Shown: positions 1 through 13,590 of the stretch, in pieces
How positions within the stretch are numbered: position 1 is the stretch's first letter
How the letters are laid out: the number at the start of each line of letters is the position of its first letter
Source: Octopus sinensis
Taxonomy: Eukaryota
Direction of reading: 5' to 3'
NCBI RefSeq assembly: GCF_006345805.1
Contig: NC_042999.1
Coordinates: 3,410,001-3,474,000 of the forward strand
Length of the DNA: 64,000 nt
The notes under the pieces: model-generated
Seen by the model: only the letters and a program-made list of their open reading frames with translations
What the model was told of the DNA's origin: nothing
The model's database searches: none
Translations under genes and position numbers: made by a program

Positions 1-59
1 AAATAAGATATTTAACTCTTTGTCATTCCCACTAACCTATCAAAAGTAATTAATTTTTG

Positions 60-576
60 TATTGTTTTACTCATCTGACTGTGGCCATGCTGGAGCATCA
101 CCTTAAAGAGTTTTAGTCAAAGAAATTGACCTCAGGTCTTATTTTCTTTGAAGCCTAACTACACACCTACAAACATATCTTCTACCTTTTACTTGTTTTG
201 GTTATTAGACAGCAGCCATCCTGGAGTAGCGCCTTCAAGAAGTTTTACTCATATGAATCAAGCCAAGCACTTCCTTTTTTAAGCCTGGTACTCATTCTAT
301 CGGTCTCTTTTGCCAAACTGCTATGTTACGGAGACATAACCACACCAAAATTGGTTGTCAAGCGATGGTGGTAGGAGAAACACAGTCAAAAGGACACACA
401 CATATAAATAAATAAATACATACATATATATATATACAATTTCCGTCTACCACTCACAAGGCTTCGATTGGCCCAGGATTAGTGTAGAAGACACTTGATC
501 AATGGGTCACGCAGTGGAACTGAACCTGCACCCATGTAGTTGGGAAGCAAGCTTCTTACCACACAGACACACTCCG
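60..576 (-). mobile_element. tRNA-derived CORE-like SINE (family A), degenerate, with a partial second tail
   Basis: Matches the window-wide consensus (gtggctgtgtggtaag...accttgggcaagtgtctt...ggtgctccagcatggcc) on the minus strand. Confidence 0.8.
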
Positions 577-864
577 CTATTTATTCACATTGTTTCGAAT
601 TAACCCTGTATTATTTTCTAAATTTGAGATTTTGATGAGGAAACTTTTAATTTTTAGAATGACATTGTAGGGTTGGTTTGAGAGGCCAGACCTGGCCACT
701 TTGAACATGAAACAAATAGAATATTTTGGCCAGATATAAGACACCAATCGTCGCCAAAGAAAAAATATACAAAAGAAGTGCGTTCTATCTGTCCATCTAT
801 CTATCAGCCTAAACAGACTCAAATAATCACACCATGCATACATGATGAGTTTCCTCATAGTTTC

Positions 865-1028
865 TTATTTCTTTATTGCCCACAAGGGGCTAAACATAGA
901 GGGGAACAAACAAGGACAGACAAAGGGATAAAGTCGGTTACAATGACCCCAGTGCGTAACTGGTACTTTATTTATCGACTCTGAAAGGATGAAAGGCAAA
1001 GTTAACCTTGGCAGAATTTGAACTCAGA
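865..1028 (-). mobile_element. tRNA-derived SINE family B (Meta-domain-like), partial
   Basis: gtaactggtactt..tatcgac..gaaaggatgaaaggcaaagt motif shared with many copies in the window. Confidence 0.75.
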
Positions 1029-1324
1029 TAACCTGCCTATATTTCTATCTATCCATCTCCATTGTCTTGGAACCACACTAAAAAAAAAGAAAAAAAACAA
1101 TATTCTCTTCTAAACAAAACCCACAACATACATGTTTTATATAAATGAATCAAGCTGTTTGTAGATTCACAACATTCTATTTGACAAGTTCTAGAGAGGA
1201 AATAAAGTGCTAATTATAATGAAGAAATAAAAGGATTTCTTTCCAAAATTCTGATGATTTTTTTTTCTCAGTATTCAATTCTGTACATCACACCTAACAC
1301 TCTATACCTCTGTATTTATGTAGG

Positions 1325-2011
1325 ATTCAACCACAGCCTCCAGATGACTTTGGAATCTCCTGCAATTCTTCTGGAAAGTATCCTTGTTTAAATTGGTGAA
1401 TGCTATCATAATCCTTGCCTTCAGTTTATCTTTGGTGTTACAAGGAGTTTTGTTGGTGTCTCATTCAACTGTGCCCCACACATAATAACCAAGGAGCTTG
1501 CAGTCTGGAGAGTTGGTGGTGATGTGGTCACAGAAATTGTCTGACAGCCATAACTGGGTTCTTCTGCTTGTGTGGCATGGTGCAGAGTCCTGTTGCTAGA
1601 CACAGGGCCTTCCAGCAGCCACCCTCTTCACCCAAGATAGCACTACTGCCTCCAGGCACTTGATGTAAGCCTCCTTGTGGGAAGATGAATGGAAGCATAA
1701 CGTCACCATCACTAGTGATCATTCCAAACACCATGATGTTGATTGGATGTTTGATTTTTATCACTTTTGGTACGTATCTTCAGATTGACATTCAAACACT
1801 CGAAAATGTTTGCAATGAAGCTTCCAACATGAATGCCAAGCATGTCGTTTCCAAATTTCTGGCTGAGTGAATTGCATCATGGTGCTGTTTTTCTCATAGA
1901 TGGTGCCCAACTGACCCTACTATACTGTATAGTCAACAAAATCAAGAACAAACAATGCACATGTGTGAAATTAAAAATATAAAATAGCAACAATTTATCC
2001 ATCACAACTTG
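1325..2011 (-). mobile_element. Degenerate Tc1/mariner (DD37D/maT-like) transposon relic
   Basis: Minus-strand translation KHPINIMVFGMITSDGDVMLPFIF...V*QQDSAPCHTSRRTQLWLSDNF..NSPDCKLLGYYVWGTVE*...RRFQSHLEAVVES, with stops and deletions; putative TIR caagttgtgatggataaatt ends at ~2011 beside a TA run. Confidence 0.85.
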
Positions 2012-2329
2012 AATATATATATATGCATATATGTGTGTGTATACATGTATATATGCAAGCATGTGTGTTTGTTGGAGTTTATGGTGAAGCCAGTCGAGAA
2101 AAACAGTTTTCTGCATTTATGACCCATAACTTTTGAGCGTGACATACAGATTGTTTTTTTGTTTTTTTTCATAGGATGGTGGTTATTCCAAAAACAAACA
2201 GGCTTCGAAAAAAACGATGATCCATCTAACACAAGGCAGCACGGGGAAAGCAGACGTAAAACAATGATGTTGATGATGACTATGGTGATGATGATGCTAT
2301 TACATGTTCACAAACACACACATTATATT

Positions 2330-2335
2330 TTATAT

Positions 2336-2386
<51 letters not shown>

Positions 2387-2890
2387 CACATACATACATA
2401 TATATACACATATATATACACACATATATATACACATACATACATACACATACATACATACACATACATACACATACACATACATACATACACATACATA
2501 CATACACATACATACATACACATACATATATATACATACATATATATAACATATATACATATATATATGCATATATACATATATATATACATATATATAC
2601 ATATATATATATATATATATGCATATATACATATATATATACATACATATATACATACATATATATATACATATATACATATATATATACATATATACAT
2701 ATATATATACATATACATACATATACATATATATACATACATATACATATATATACATACATATACATATATATACATACATATATATACATATATATAC
2801 ATACATATCTATACATATACATACATACATATATATACATATATATACATACATATCTATACATATACATATACATATCTATACATATAC

Positions 2891-2944
<54 letters not shown>

Positions 2945-2945
2945 C
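2330..2945. repeat. Compound (TA)n/(TACA)n microsatellite
   Basis: Directly visible; source of the YI/HT-rich ORFs. Confidence 0.97.
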
Positions 2946-3569
2946 CAGAGGGTAAGAGAGAGTTGCATGTTTGTAAGCCTGTATATTGTCTTGCCGTTTG
3001 TTTTATTCCCCTCTTTCCCCTGCAAGAGCATAACACCTACACCTAATGCGTGACAATGGCACCATTGTGTTTGTATTTATCATTTTCATATTGATTCAGA
3101 AGCTTAGTAACCCATACATGAATGCTTTATTAAATATTGATAAAAGTGAAAGGTAAACAGCAACAAAGGCTACACACCTCACTATTAACAGCATCTGTAG
3201 GCCTATAACTATAGCAACAACAACAATCACAACGATGACGATGACGGCAGTGCACAGGCGGATACACGCATAAATGGCAGCAGCTACCAGAAGAATCAAC
3301 ATCTCATAGGAATAACACTGATACTACCACCACAACCATGACCACCACCACCACCGTTGCATACACAATGAAAGCGTGAACGATTATGACACGATAACAA
3401 CAAACTCGTGTGGACAGACATGCTCCAATGGCAACAGCGATGCAACAGGAAAATGAAGCAGCAAATGAAAGGGACTCCATGTGGTTGTTTAGTCTGCTAG
3501 ACATCACAGCGAAATGTACTTCAAATGCACAGTTTACTCTCTCAGAAATAGGAAAGACATTTAGATATC

Positions 3570-3775
3570 ATCATCATTATCATCATCAATTGTTTAATGT
3601 CCGCTTTCCATGCTAGCATGGGTTGGACGATTTGACAGAGGACTGCTGAACCAGATGGCTGCACCAGGCTCCAATCTGATCTGGCAGCAGAGTTTCTACA
3701 GCTGGATGTCCTTCCTAATGCCAACCACTCTGAGAGTGTAGTGGATGCTTTTATGTGCCACTGGCACAAGGGCCA
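3570..3775 (-). mobile_element. RTE-type 3' end with (GAT)n tail (family R)
   Basis: catcat..gtttaatgtccgctttccatgctagcatgggttggacg...ctggatgtccttcctaatgccaacc. Confidence 0.75.
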
Positions 3776-4139
3776 GATAATGTAATATTAAGGTTATTAT
3801 TCTGAACAAATGACAGGTTAGTCACGGTTGGAATGTCTTTTGTTATTAATCTACTTGATAAGAAATAAACAAAGGTTAAATAACAGTAACATAAAAATTC
3901 ACACATTACTGACCACAGCAACAAAATTTTTTTTAAATAGACAGGTGTTGTTTTGGCCATGTGGTAAGAAGTTTGCTTCTCAGCCCCATGGTTCCGCAGT
4001 TTGGTAAAAGACATTGATAGAAAAAGTATCAGGGTTCGCAAAAAAAAAGGATAGGTTTGGATTCAATCAACTAAAAGCTCTTCCAGGCAGTGCTCCAGCA
4101 TGGCTGCAGTCTAATGACTGAAGAAAGGTAAAAGATCAA

Positions 4140-4382
4140 CATCGTCATCATCGTTTAAAATCTGCTTTCCATGCTGGAATGGGTTGGACGGTTTGACTGA
4201 GGGGTTGGCAAGCCAGAAGGCTGCACCAGGCTCCAGTCTTGATCTGGCAGAGTTTCTACTGCTGGATGCCCTTCCTAACGCCAACCACTCCGAGAGTGTA
4301 GTGGGTGCTTTTACGTACCACCGGCATGAGAGCCAGTCAGGAGGTACTGGCAACGGTCACACTCAAATGGTGTATTTTACGC
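4140..4382 (-). mobile_element. Family R RTE-type 3' end
   Basis: Same consensus as the other family R copies. Confidence 0.75.
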
Positions 4383-4654
4383 ACAGATATATATATATAT
4401 ATATATATATTTAGAAAGAGAGAGTCATTATACTGTGACTTATACTGGGTTGCCATCTTGGAGAGTCTTAGTCAAACAGATCAACACCAGTGCTTATTTT
4501 AAAATCTGGTACTTATTCTAGTGGCCACTTTTAGTAACTTTCAAATTATAGGGACATAAACAAACCAACACCGGTAACCAAATGGTGGTGTGGTGGGAAA
4601 AACAGACTCAAATAATCACACCACACATACATGATGTTTTTCCTCATAGTTTCT

Positions 4655-5063
4655 TATTTCTTTATTGCCCACAAGGGGCTAAACATAGAGGGGACAAACA
4701 AGGACAGGCAAAGAGTTTAAGTCGGTTACAATGACCCCAGTGCGTAACTGGTACTTTATTTATCGACCCCAAAAGGATGAAAGGCAAAGTTAACCTCGGC
4801 AGAATTTGAACTCAGAATGTAAAGACAGACGAAATACCTATTTCTTTACTACCCACAAGGGGCTAAACACAGAGAGGACAGATAAACAGATTAAGTCAAT
4901 TACATCGACCCCCCAGTGCGTAACTGGTACTTAATTTATCGACCTTGAAAGGATGAAAGTCAAAGTCGACCTCGGCAGAATTTGAACTCAGAACATACCG
5001 GCAGATGAAATATCGCTAAGCTTTTCGCCTGGTGTGCTAACGTTTCTGCCAGCTCGACGCCTT
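4655..5063 (-). mobile_element. SINE family B with internal duplication, nested in a family A remnant (~4440-5210)
   Basis: 8-bp TSD tagtttct at 4647-4654 and 5064-5071; tRNA-like head ...gagctggcagaaacgttagc. Confidence 0.85.
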
Positions 5064-5879
5064 TAGTTTCTGTCTACCAAATTCTCTCTCATAGCATTGG
5101 TCAGCCTGGGGCTATAGCAAAAGACACTTGCCCAAGGTGCCATGGAATGGGACTGAACTGAAAACTATGAACTCGGAAGAAATCGCGTTTCTGAACCACA
5201 CAGCCATTGCACACACACAGACACAACAGAGGAAGAGAAGGACGTAAAAGGAGATGGCAGTAACATCAATATTCTAACAGTACTCTTACACAGAATGCAC
5301 TTCTGCAAATGGTTGTTTGACCAATTCATTTCCTCAGGCAATGTTCAAGGTTGATTCACCTGTCATTTCAATTATCACTGCCTCGATAGCATTGATGGAA
5401 ATCCTCGTTGACTTACCAGCAATATAGATTATTACCATTGCTTCCTGTGCAAATAGAGAGCTGTGTCAAGCAGTAAGTGACATGTATATCTGTGGCACTT
5501 GCCATTCTCAATTGTAAACAGAGGCCAAATCTGTAGAACAACTGAACTTGGCATAACAAGCTATCAAGGTGTGTAATAAATCTCTGCCAGGTAAGGCAGA
5601 ACAAGTAGCTTCTTTAGAGCCTGAACAATAAGCCTTTAACCATTCTTCTGGTTTGTGATATTTATCAGTAGGAAAAGTCTATTAGAAATAGGGTGCTAGG
5701 GAGTCAATGATTGAATATATTTATTAATCCCAAAGTGTGAAATAGTCACCACAAGAAAACAAGAAGTTACAGAAAGCAGTTAAATAATTACTTTGGAAAT
5801 GACTCGTATAAGTAAAGCATCATTGTCATTTTTATCAAATATGTACATTCATGCACACACACACAGACATGTATATATA

Positions 5880-6830
5880 TTCTTTTATTTGTTTCAGCCA
5901 TTTGGCTGTGGCCATGCTGGAGCACCACCTTCAGTCAAGCAAATCGACCCCAGGATTCATTCTTTGTAAGCCTAGTACTTATTCTATCGGTCTCTTTTGC
6001 CGAACCGCTAAGTTACAGGGACGTAAATACACCAGCATCGGTTGTCAAGCAGTGTTGGGGGGGTGGGGACAAACACAGACACACAAACATATACACACAC
6101 ATACATACATATATATCATCATCATCATTTAACGTCCGTTTTCCATGCTAGCATGGGTTGGACGGTTCGACTGGGGTCTGGAAGCCAGGAGGCTGCACCA
6201 GGCTCCAGTCTGATCTGGCAGAGTTTCTACAGCTGGATGCCCTTCCTAATGCCAACCAATATGTGAGCGTAGAGGGTGCTTTTTACACGCCACCGGCACA
6301 GGTGCGAAGGGAGGCTGGTAGTGGCCACGATCGGTTGGGGCTTTTTACGTGCAACCAACATAGAAGCCAGTCATGGCGGCACTGGCATCGGCCACGTTCG
6401 GATGGAGCTTTTTATGTGCCACCAACACAGGTATCACAACTACAATTTCCATTTGATATTTATTTTGATGTACTTGACTCAATAGGTCTCCTCAAGCACA
6501 ACAGGTCACCCTACGAACCAAGGTAAGCACAGCAGGTCATTCTGCAATCCAAGGTACTTTGGATGGGCTGGGGCTATGCGAAACTGGTGCAGGAAGCAGC
6601 CATGAACTCACATTATTTGTCAGGTCTTTGCAGTCACAGCATATATATATATATATATATATATATATGACGGGGACTTGTTTCAGTTTCTGTCTACCAA
6701 ATCCACCCACAAAGCTTTGGTTGGCCTGAGGCTATAGCAGAAGACACTTACCCAAGGTGCCATGCAGTGAGACTGAACTTGGAACCATGTGGTTAGTAAG
6801 CAAGATACTTACCACACAGCCACTCCTGCA
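5880..6830 (-). mobile_element. SINE family A interrupted at its central microsatellite by a family R copy
   Basis: Tail at 5880-6110 and head at ~6670-6830. Confidence 0.8.
6116..6641 (-). mobile_element. Long family R copy (RTE-type 3' UTR with tandem module)
   Basis: (GAT)n tail, about three ~62-bp internal units; 5' part reads atatgctgtgactgcaaagacctga (YAVTAKT*), resembling an RTE ORF end. Confidence 0.75.
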
Positions 6831-7474
6831 CATGGTCAGTTTAAATGCCAAAGGGTTAAATGAAGATGGATACACATTGCAGTATATAATCAATGAAATA
6901 CAAAAAGATGAGATGGTCACAGCTGGATTGCGATTGATCTGAATTTAAACAGGTCATGATGACTTACAGCAGTCATTGATAAACAAAAAGGTAAGATGGT
7001 CACAGTTGGAATGTCATTAGAATCTGACCACTGATAATACCATGATGACTTATAACATAGGCTGACCCCATAGGGGCTCTGATCTCTATCTGCTAGAAAT
7101 AGCAGCCAAATCTCTTTCAAATCATACCCATTTTGAAAATGGAAGGATATACACAATGTATAAGGTATTCCAACATAGGTTCCAAAACGAAGTCAGGACA
7201 AGGGGGTAGTTGGAACGGTTTTGATGATGGGTCTACTCTGGCAAGATTAACATGGGGCTAAAGCAGCATCATTACCAAAACAACACCCTCACTACTAGCA
7301 TTAGGCTCAACAACAGAGGCTGCAAGTGCAACCCCTAAAGTTTTTGTGGAGCAATAGAAAACACTTTGAACATCCTCCTGAAAATCTTCATTGCCAAAAT
7401 GTGTAGAAATATTTCTGAAGTGATTTGAAACCTTACTCATTTCATTGATATACAAAGATCATTATTATTATTAT

Positions 7475-8040
7475 TAAAGCTGGTAGAATCATTACCTCAA
7501 CGGGCAACATGCTTAGTAACGTTTCATCCATCCTTACGTTCTGAGTTCAAATTCCACTAAGGTCGACTTTGCTTTTCATCCTTTTGGGGTCAATAAATTA
7601 AGTACCAGTTACACTCTGGGGTCAATGTAATCAACTATCCCCCTCCCCCAAATTTCAGGCCTTGTGCCTATAGTAAAAAAAGGATTATTATTATTATTAT
7701 TGTTCAACACCCCACTTGTCCCTTGTATTATATTGTCCCTTTTTGCTTTAGAAATCAACATCATTATTATTATTATTATTATTGTTATTGTTATTATTAT
7801 TATCATTATCATTATTATTATTATTAAGGCAGTGAGCTGGCAGAATTGTTAGCACACCAGGTGAAATACTTAGTGGTATTTCTTCTGTTTTTACATTCTG
7901 AGTTCAAATTCCACCGAGGTTGACTTTGCCTTTCATCCTTTCAGGGTCAACAGATTAAGTACCAGTTGTGTACTAGGGTCAATGTAATCAACTAGTCCCC
8001 TACCCCAAAATATCAGGTCTTGTTCCTAGAGTAGAAAAGA
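7475..8040 (+). mobile_element. Two head-to-tail SINE family B copies separated by (ATT)n
   Basis: ggcagtgagctggcagaat...gcctttcatcctttc..gggtc..aagtaccag repeated. Confidence 0.8.
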
Positions 8041-9257
8041 TTATTATTATTATTATTATTATTATTATCATTGTGTTTGTTTTGATATTAAAACTGAAAA
8101 AAAATAAAACTTGTTAATAAAATATTATGGACCAGTGTTTGCTGCTCATAAGCAAATTTTCTTCCTGTATTTATGACTACCAACAACAAAAGTGAGTCAA
8201 TGTGGTTTCTTAACACGTTAGAAATAGCAGTCAAATCTGCCTCAGATCACACTCGTTGTACTGACTTTAAGATAAAATATAAAAGGAAGGAGACTTTGGA
8301 AATTTTGATGATGTCTGAAATGTCTTTGATTATAGATTGCCTTGATAATTCCAGACTAAACAACAACAAGAACAATACCAACAATACCAGAAAAGCAATT
8401 ACCATGGCAACGACAACAACAATAATGAAATGTTATGAATGAGTGTTTTTTTGGTGGACATGTGAAGATTATTTCCTGCTCCCCAACAAATTCTCCAAAA
8501 GGCAAAAGGAATGCTAGATTCCTTCAAGCTGGATTTTGCAAATAATATCACTGATTCTGGGGTGTTGGGGTGGGTAAGCAGCAGTTGTTTGTTTGACTTT
8601 GTTTGTTTGTTTGTTTGTTTTTGCCTTTTATCTCAATGCAGAGATTTACAGATCAACAGTCACAGAAATTCCCCAACAAAAAGCAAAAGCAAAACAAAAA
8701 AAAAACTGATTGTTCGGTGAATCAAGAGAGAGAGTGAGAGAAACAAAGAGAAAGAAAGGGAGAGAGAAACAAGACAGAAAGAATGAAACAGAGTAAAAGA
8801 GAGGGAGGGAGTGAATGAGAGAACAAGATGAAGAAACAGAAAAAGGGAGGGAGTGAGTGAGAGAGAGAAAAATAGACAGAAAGAAAGAGAGATGATGTGG
8901 ATAACTTGAGGGCTATTATTGTTGTTGTTATTGTTGCAGTGAGCTGTTAGAGTTGTTGAAGCATCAGCAAAAGTGCTTTGCAGTATTTCTTTTGGCTTCT
9001 AACATTTCGAGTTCAAATCAGGCTAAGGTCAGTTCAAATCAGGCCTTGTGCCCTTAGTAGAAAAGATTATTGTTAAAACGAGGGCACTAAACTGGGGGAA
9101 TTGTTAGAGCATCAGAAAACATATTTTGCACTCTTTCTTCCAACTCGTTACATTCTGAGTTCAAATTATGGTGAAGCTAACTTTGCCTTTCATATTTTTG
9201 GGGTTAATAGAATAAGTTCTCATCAGGTCCTAGGGTCAATGTAACTGACTTGACCTC

Positions 9258-9672
9258 ATCATCATCATCATCATCATCGTTTAGCATCCGCTTTCCATGC
9301 TAGTATGGGTTGGACGGTTCAACTGGGGTCTGTGAAGCCAGAAGGCTGCACCAGGCCCTGTCTGATCTGGCAATGTTTCTACGGCTGGATGCCCTTCCTA
9401 ACGCCAACCACTCCGTGAGTGTAGTGGGTGCTTTTTACGTTCCACCAGCACAGGTGCCAGATGATGCTGGCAAACAGCCACGATCGGAAGGTGCTTTTTA
9501 CGTGCCACCAGCATGGGGGCCAGGTGAGGTTGGCAATGGCAACAATCGGATGGTGATTTTTACGTGCCACCGGCACGAAGCCAGTTGGGGGCGGCGCTGG
9601 CTACGGCTACGTTCGGATGGTTGTCTTACATACCACTTGCACTGGTATCACAGCTGTAATTTCCATTGATGT
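9258..9672 (-). mobile_element. Family R copy with ~4 internal tandem units
   Basis: (CAT)n end on plus; ggtgctttttacgtgccacc repeats. Confidence 0.8.
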
Positions 9673-9694
9673 TGATCCAAAACCTACTGGCCTT

Positions 9695-10295
9695 TGGCAA
9701 GCTGGCAGTATCATTAGAACGTCAGTCAAAGAAATGCTCAGCGGCATGTCTGCCAGTTCTTCACATTTTGAGTTCAAATTCTGCAGCCTTTCATCTTTTC
9801 AGGATCAATAAAACAAATACCAGCTGTGCACTGAGGTTGACATAATGCCACCCCCAAAATTTCAGGCTTTGTGCCTATTGTAGAAAAGATTATCATTATT
9901 ATTATTAATATTATTACGGTAAGTCCACGAAGGTCGACTGTGCTTTTCGTCCTTTCAGGGTTGATAAAATAAGTACCTATTTCTTTACTACCCACAAGGG
10001 GCTAAACACAGAGGGGACGAACAAGAACAAACGGATTAAGTCGATTATATCGAACCCAGTGCGTAACTGGTACTTATTTAATCGACCCTGAAAGAATGAA
10101 AGGCAAAGTCAACCTCGGCGGAATTTGAACTCAGAACGTAGCGGCAGACGAAATACTGCTAAGCATTTCACCCAGGGTGCTAACGTTTCTGCCAGTTCAC
10201 CGCTAAATTAAGTACCAGTTAAACACTGGGGTCAATGTAATCGATTTATCCCTCCCACCAAATTTCTAGCCTTGTGCCACAATTTGAAATCAATA
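9695..10295. mobile_element. Nested cluster of SINE family B copies in both orientations
   Basis: A minus copy (~9977-10203) is inserted in a plus copy. Confidence 0.75.
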
Positions 10296-10964
10296 ATATT
10301 ATGGTTGAGCTATGAATCTGAAACGGATTCTCAGATTGAATATGACATATCTTGCTTTACCAGATCTAATTATATTTGTCTAATAAAGTAGGCTAAAATA
10401 GGAATGTGTGTGGTGGTGGTGGTGGTGGTGATGAAAGCAAATATTGAAAAGCAGACATTAAAATACTGACACCAAAGATTACTGACTGCTGGAATAAATT
10501 TAAAAACTAGCCTGATTGTTCCCTACTTCCATAAAGTACAAACCATTCCACAACATCATTCTTAGAAGACTAAACAGAACATTCAGAACTGCTGATTAAC
10601 AAATCTCTCTTTTTTTTTTTTTTTCTTAATCAAATCAAATCTTTTGATTTAACCATGTTAAACTTGTCTACATATTGGATGAAGTAGTCTTTCCAAACAT
10701 CTGCCATGCCTCTTGCCACATATTGCAGAATATAAAATTCTTCCTTTTTTTTTTGGTTAGTTTTTTTTTTTAGTTTATTTTTGTTTTTATTTTCTCCTCC
10801 TTTTAACCTCAGCTCTTTGGTTAGTGTTCATGGCAAAAGAACTTGCATTACAAGGAACCATAAAATACCCATATGTGTCCAGGTAATCATGCTTCAACCA
10901 AATTAAAAAGAAAAACAAAAAAGAACAAAGGAGAAGCGTATCAAAGACATGAATTGCCAAACTA

Positions 10965-11163
10965 TTATTCTTATTATTATCATTACTATTATTATTATTA
11001 TCATTATTATTATTATTATCATCATTATTATTATCATTATTATTATCATCATCATCATTATTATTATTATCATTATTATTATTATTATTATCATTATTAT
11101 CATCATTATTATTATTATTATCATCATTATTACTACTACTATTACTATTATTATTATTGTTAT
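10965..11163. repeat. (ATT/ATC)n trinucleotide microsatellite
   Basis: Directly visible; gives the poly-I/poly-Y ORFs. Confidence 0.97.
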
Positions 11164-11759
11164 TACACCATGTGACATAATTTCATTCTGAGTGGCGAGA
11201 GAGGAAAAACAAAAAAAACAAAAAAAACAAAAAAAAAATCAATAAACTCGGAAGATTTTATTATCAAAGGCTGTTCAGTGAGACGTGACTTTATGTCGTT
11301 ACCACTTCATTATCTCGTCATAGCGAGTCATCAACAAAAGTTCCACAAGCCTGTTTACACACAATATATTCGCAATTAAACATGGCTGGTACAAAATACG
11401 AGGAACGCGGGAACACATTTTGCATAGCGAGAAGTAATCACACAAACGATGTTTCGTTCCTTCCCCGCCCCCACCCCACCCCATGCCCGGCACCCGACCC
11501 ACCCTCTTCTGGCGTCACACCTCCGCACCAACCCATCCCACCCCACCGTTCCTCCAATATCCTTTGAAACACATCCAAGCAAACGAGAATGTACGTCAAA
11601 GGATAGCAGCACAAAGGTTGTATTAAAACATGCAGACGTGTGTGTGTATATATATATGTATGTGTGTGTGTGTATGTACTTACAAATCTACGTATATGTA
11701 CATATTATACAGACACACACATATGTATATGGTGATTGAGAAACAGACAGATTCATGCA

Positions 11760-11786
11760 TATCATATGTATGTGTGTGTATATATA

Positions 11787-11830
<44 letters not shown>

Positions 11831-12011
11831 TGTATGTATGTATATATATATATATATATACATAATATATATATATACACATATATATATATACATAATA
11901 TATATATATATACATATATAATACATATATATATATACATATATATATATATACATATATATATAATACATATATATATATACATATATATATATACATA
12001 TATATATATAC

Positions 12012-12056
<45 letters not shown>

Positions 12057-12145
12057 CCTACTTCAGATTTATGGATTAACAACAATAATAATAATAGTAT
12101 ATATATATATATTATATATATATATACATATATATATGTATGAGT
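11760..12145. repeat. (TA)n/(TACA)n microsatellite
   Basis: Directly visible. Confidence 0.97.
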
Positions 12146-13230
12146 ATGTATTAAAACAAAGAAAATTTTGTCTGTCTGTCACACACAAACACACACACAC
12201 ACATACATATATATATATTTAGAGAGAAACAGACACACAGAAGATATACATGAACCTGTCTGTATGTCGATCACTTTCTTTTGCCATATGCATGCATGCA
12301 TGCATATATATATATATATGTACGCACACATATAGCAAAAGAGACAGATTCATGCATATCTTCTCTCTTTCTCTCTCTAGATATACATGTGTGTACATAT
12401 ATATGTGTGTGTGTATGTATATATATTTACATAACATGCACACACACATATGTGTATGTGTGTGTGTATATAAATTTATATGAACAGAGATAATGAGAGC
12501 CAAAGTAAAGTTAGACAATCATGCTCATGAAAGCAATGCCATCATATTTCACCGTTTATTATATGAAGATAGAAATGAATTCAACACATTTTTTGTGAGA
12601 GACGGCTAAAATTGTTTGTGTAAAAATATTTTGGTTAGTATCTTTTTTTTTCTTCTTTATTCTAGTGAGACAGCACTATCAAATGTTTCAGGTATTAAAA
12701 ATTAACGAAGCAAAATAATATTTCTTGACAATGTTTTACCATGAAACAGAATACCCCAGTTTATAAAAATTCACCACACACTATTTAATTTTATTTACCA
12801 TTTCTTTGTTCGGTTGTGTTTTTTATAAACTAACACGTCGGGAGAAGGGATTTGGGGATTTATGAGAATTCAATGTTAATGTGTTTGGGGCTGAATTATC
12901 TTGATATTATTATTATTATTATTGTTATTGTTATTGCTGTTTTGAAGATAGAAAAGCAAGTAAACTAAATAGGTGTGTGTGTTTCCCATCAAAGAAGATG
13001 AAAATAATTGAACACCACAGAGTCTGAGTTATGACTGACTCTGTAGAACAGAATGGAAAGAGAAAAAGAGAGAGAGAGAGGGGGAGATGGCGATGGAAAA
13101 ACAAATTATATACATATAAAAAGATTCCGATAATAGAGGAAAACATGCTAAACAATAGATCAAGCTCAGCTTAAATATTACCCAGGAGATATCAAAATTT
13201 GATGTGCTATGGCAATGTGAAACACATTTA

Positions 13231-13590
13231 TCATCATCATCATCATCATCATCATCATCGTTTATCGTCCGTTTTCCATACTAGCACGGGTTGGACGGTT
13301 CGACCGGGGTCTGGGAAGCCAGGAACTGCACCAGGCTGAAATCTTGATCTGGCAGAGTTTCTACAGCTGGATGCCCTTCCTAACGCCAACCACTCCGCGA
13401 GTGTAGGGGGTGCTTTTTACGTGCCACCTGCACAGGTGCCAGGGGGGTCCGGCATCGGCCATGATCAGTTGGAACTTTTAACGTGCCACCGGCATGGGAG
13501 CCAGCCAAGGCGGCGCTGGCAATGGCCACGTTCGGATGGTGTTTTTTTTTTTATGTGCCACCAGCGCTGGCATCGGCCACGTTCGATTTA
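13231..13590 (-). mobile_element. Family R copy
   Basis: (CAT)n end plus consensus body. Confidence 0.8.

Noticed and set aside
2159-3053. Longest ORFs (up to 295 aa, YI/HT-rich), and similar ones at 10.9, 11.7, 53.4 and 60.2 kb
   Set aside because: Translations of stop-free microsatellites; no domain content
5417-5620. Minus-strand segment bounded by ttcag and gtaagt, resembling an exon
   Set aside because: All three frames contain stops; may be an old transposase relic but cannot be supported
9420-9660. CRISPR-like spacing of a conserved ggtgctttttacgtgccacc core
   Set aside because: The apparent spacers are homologous to each other, the array lies within a retroelement 3' end, the DNA is eukaryotic and there are no cas genes
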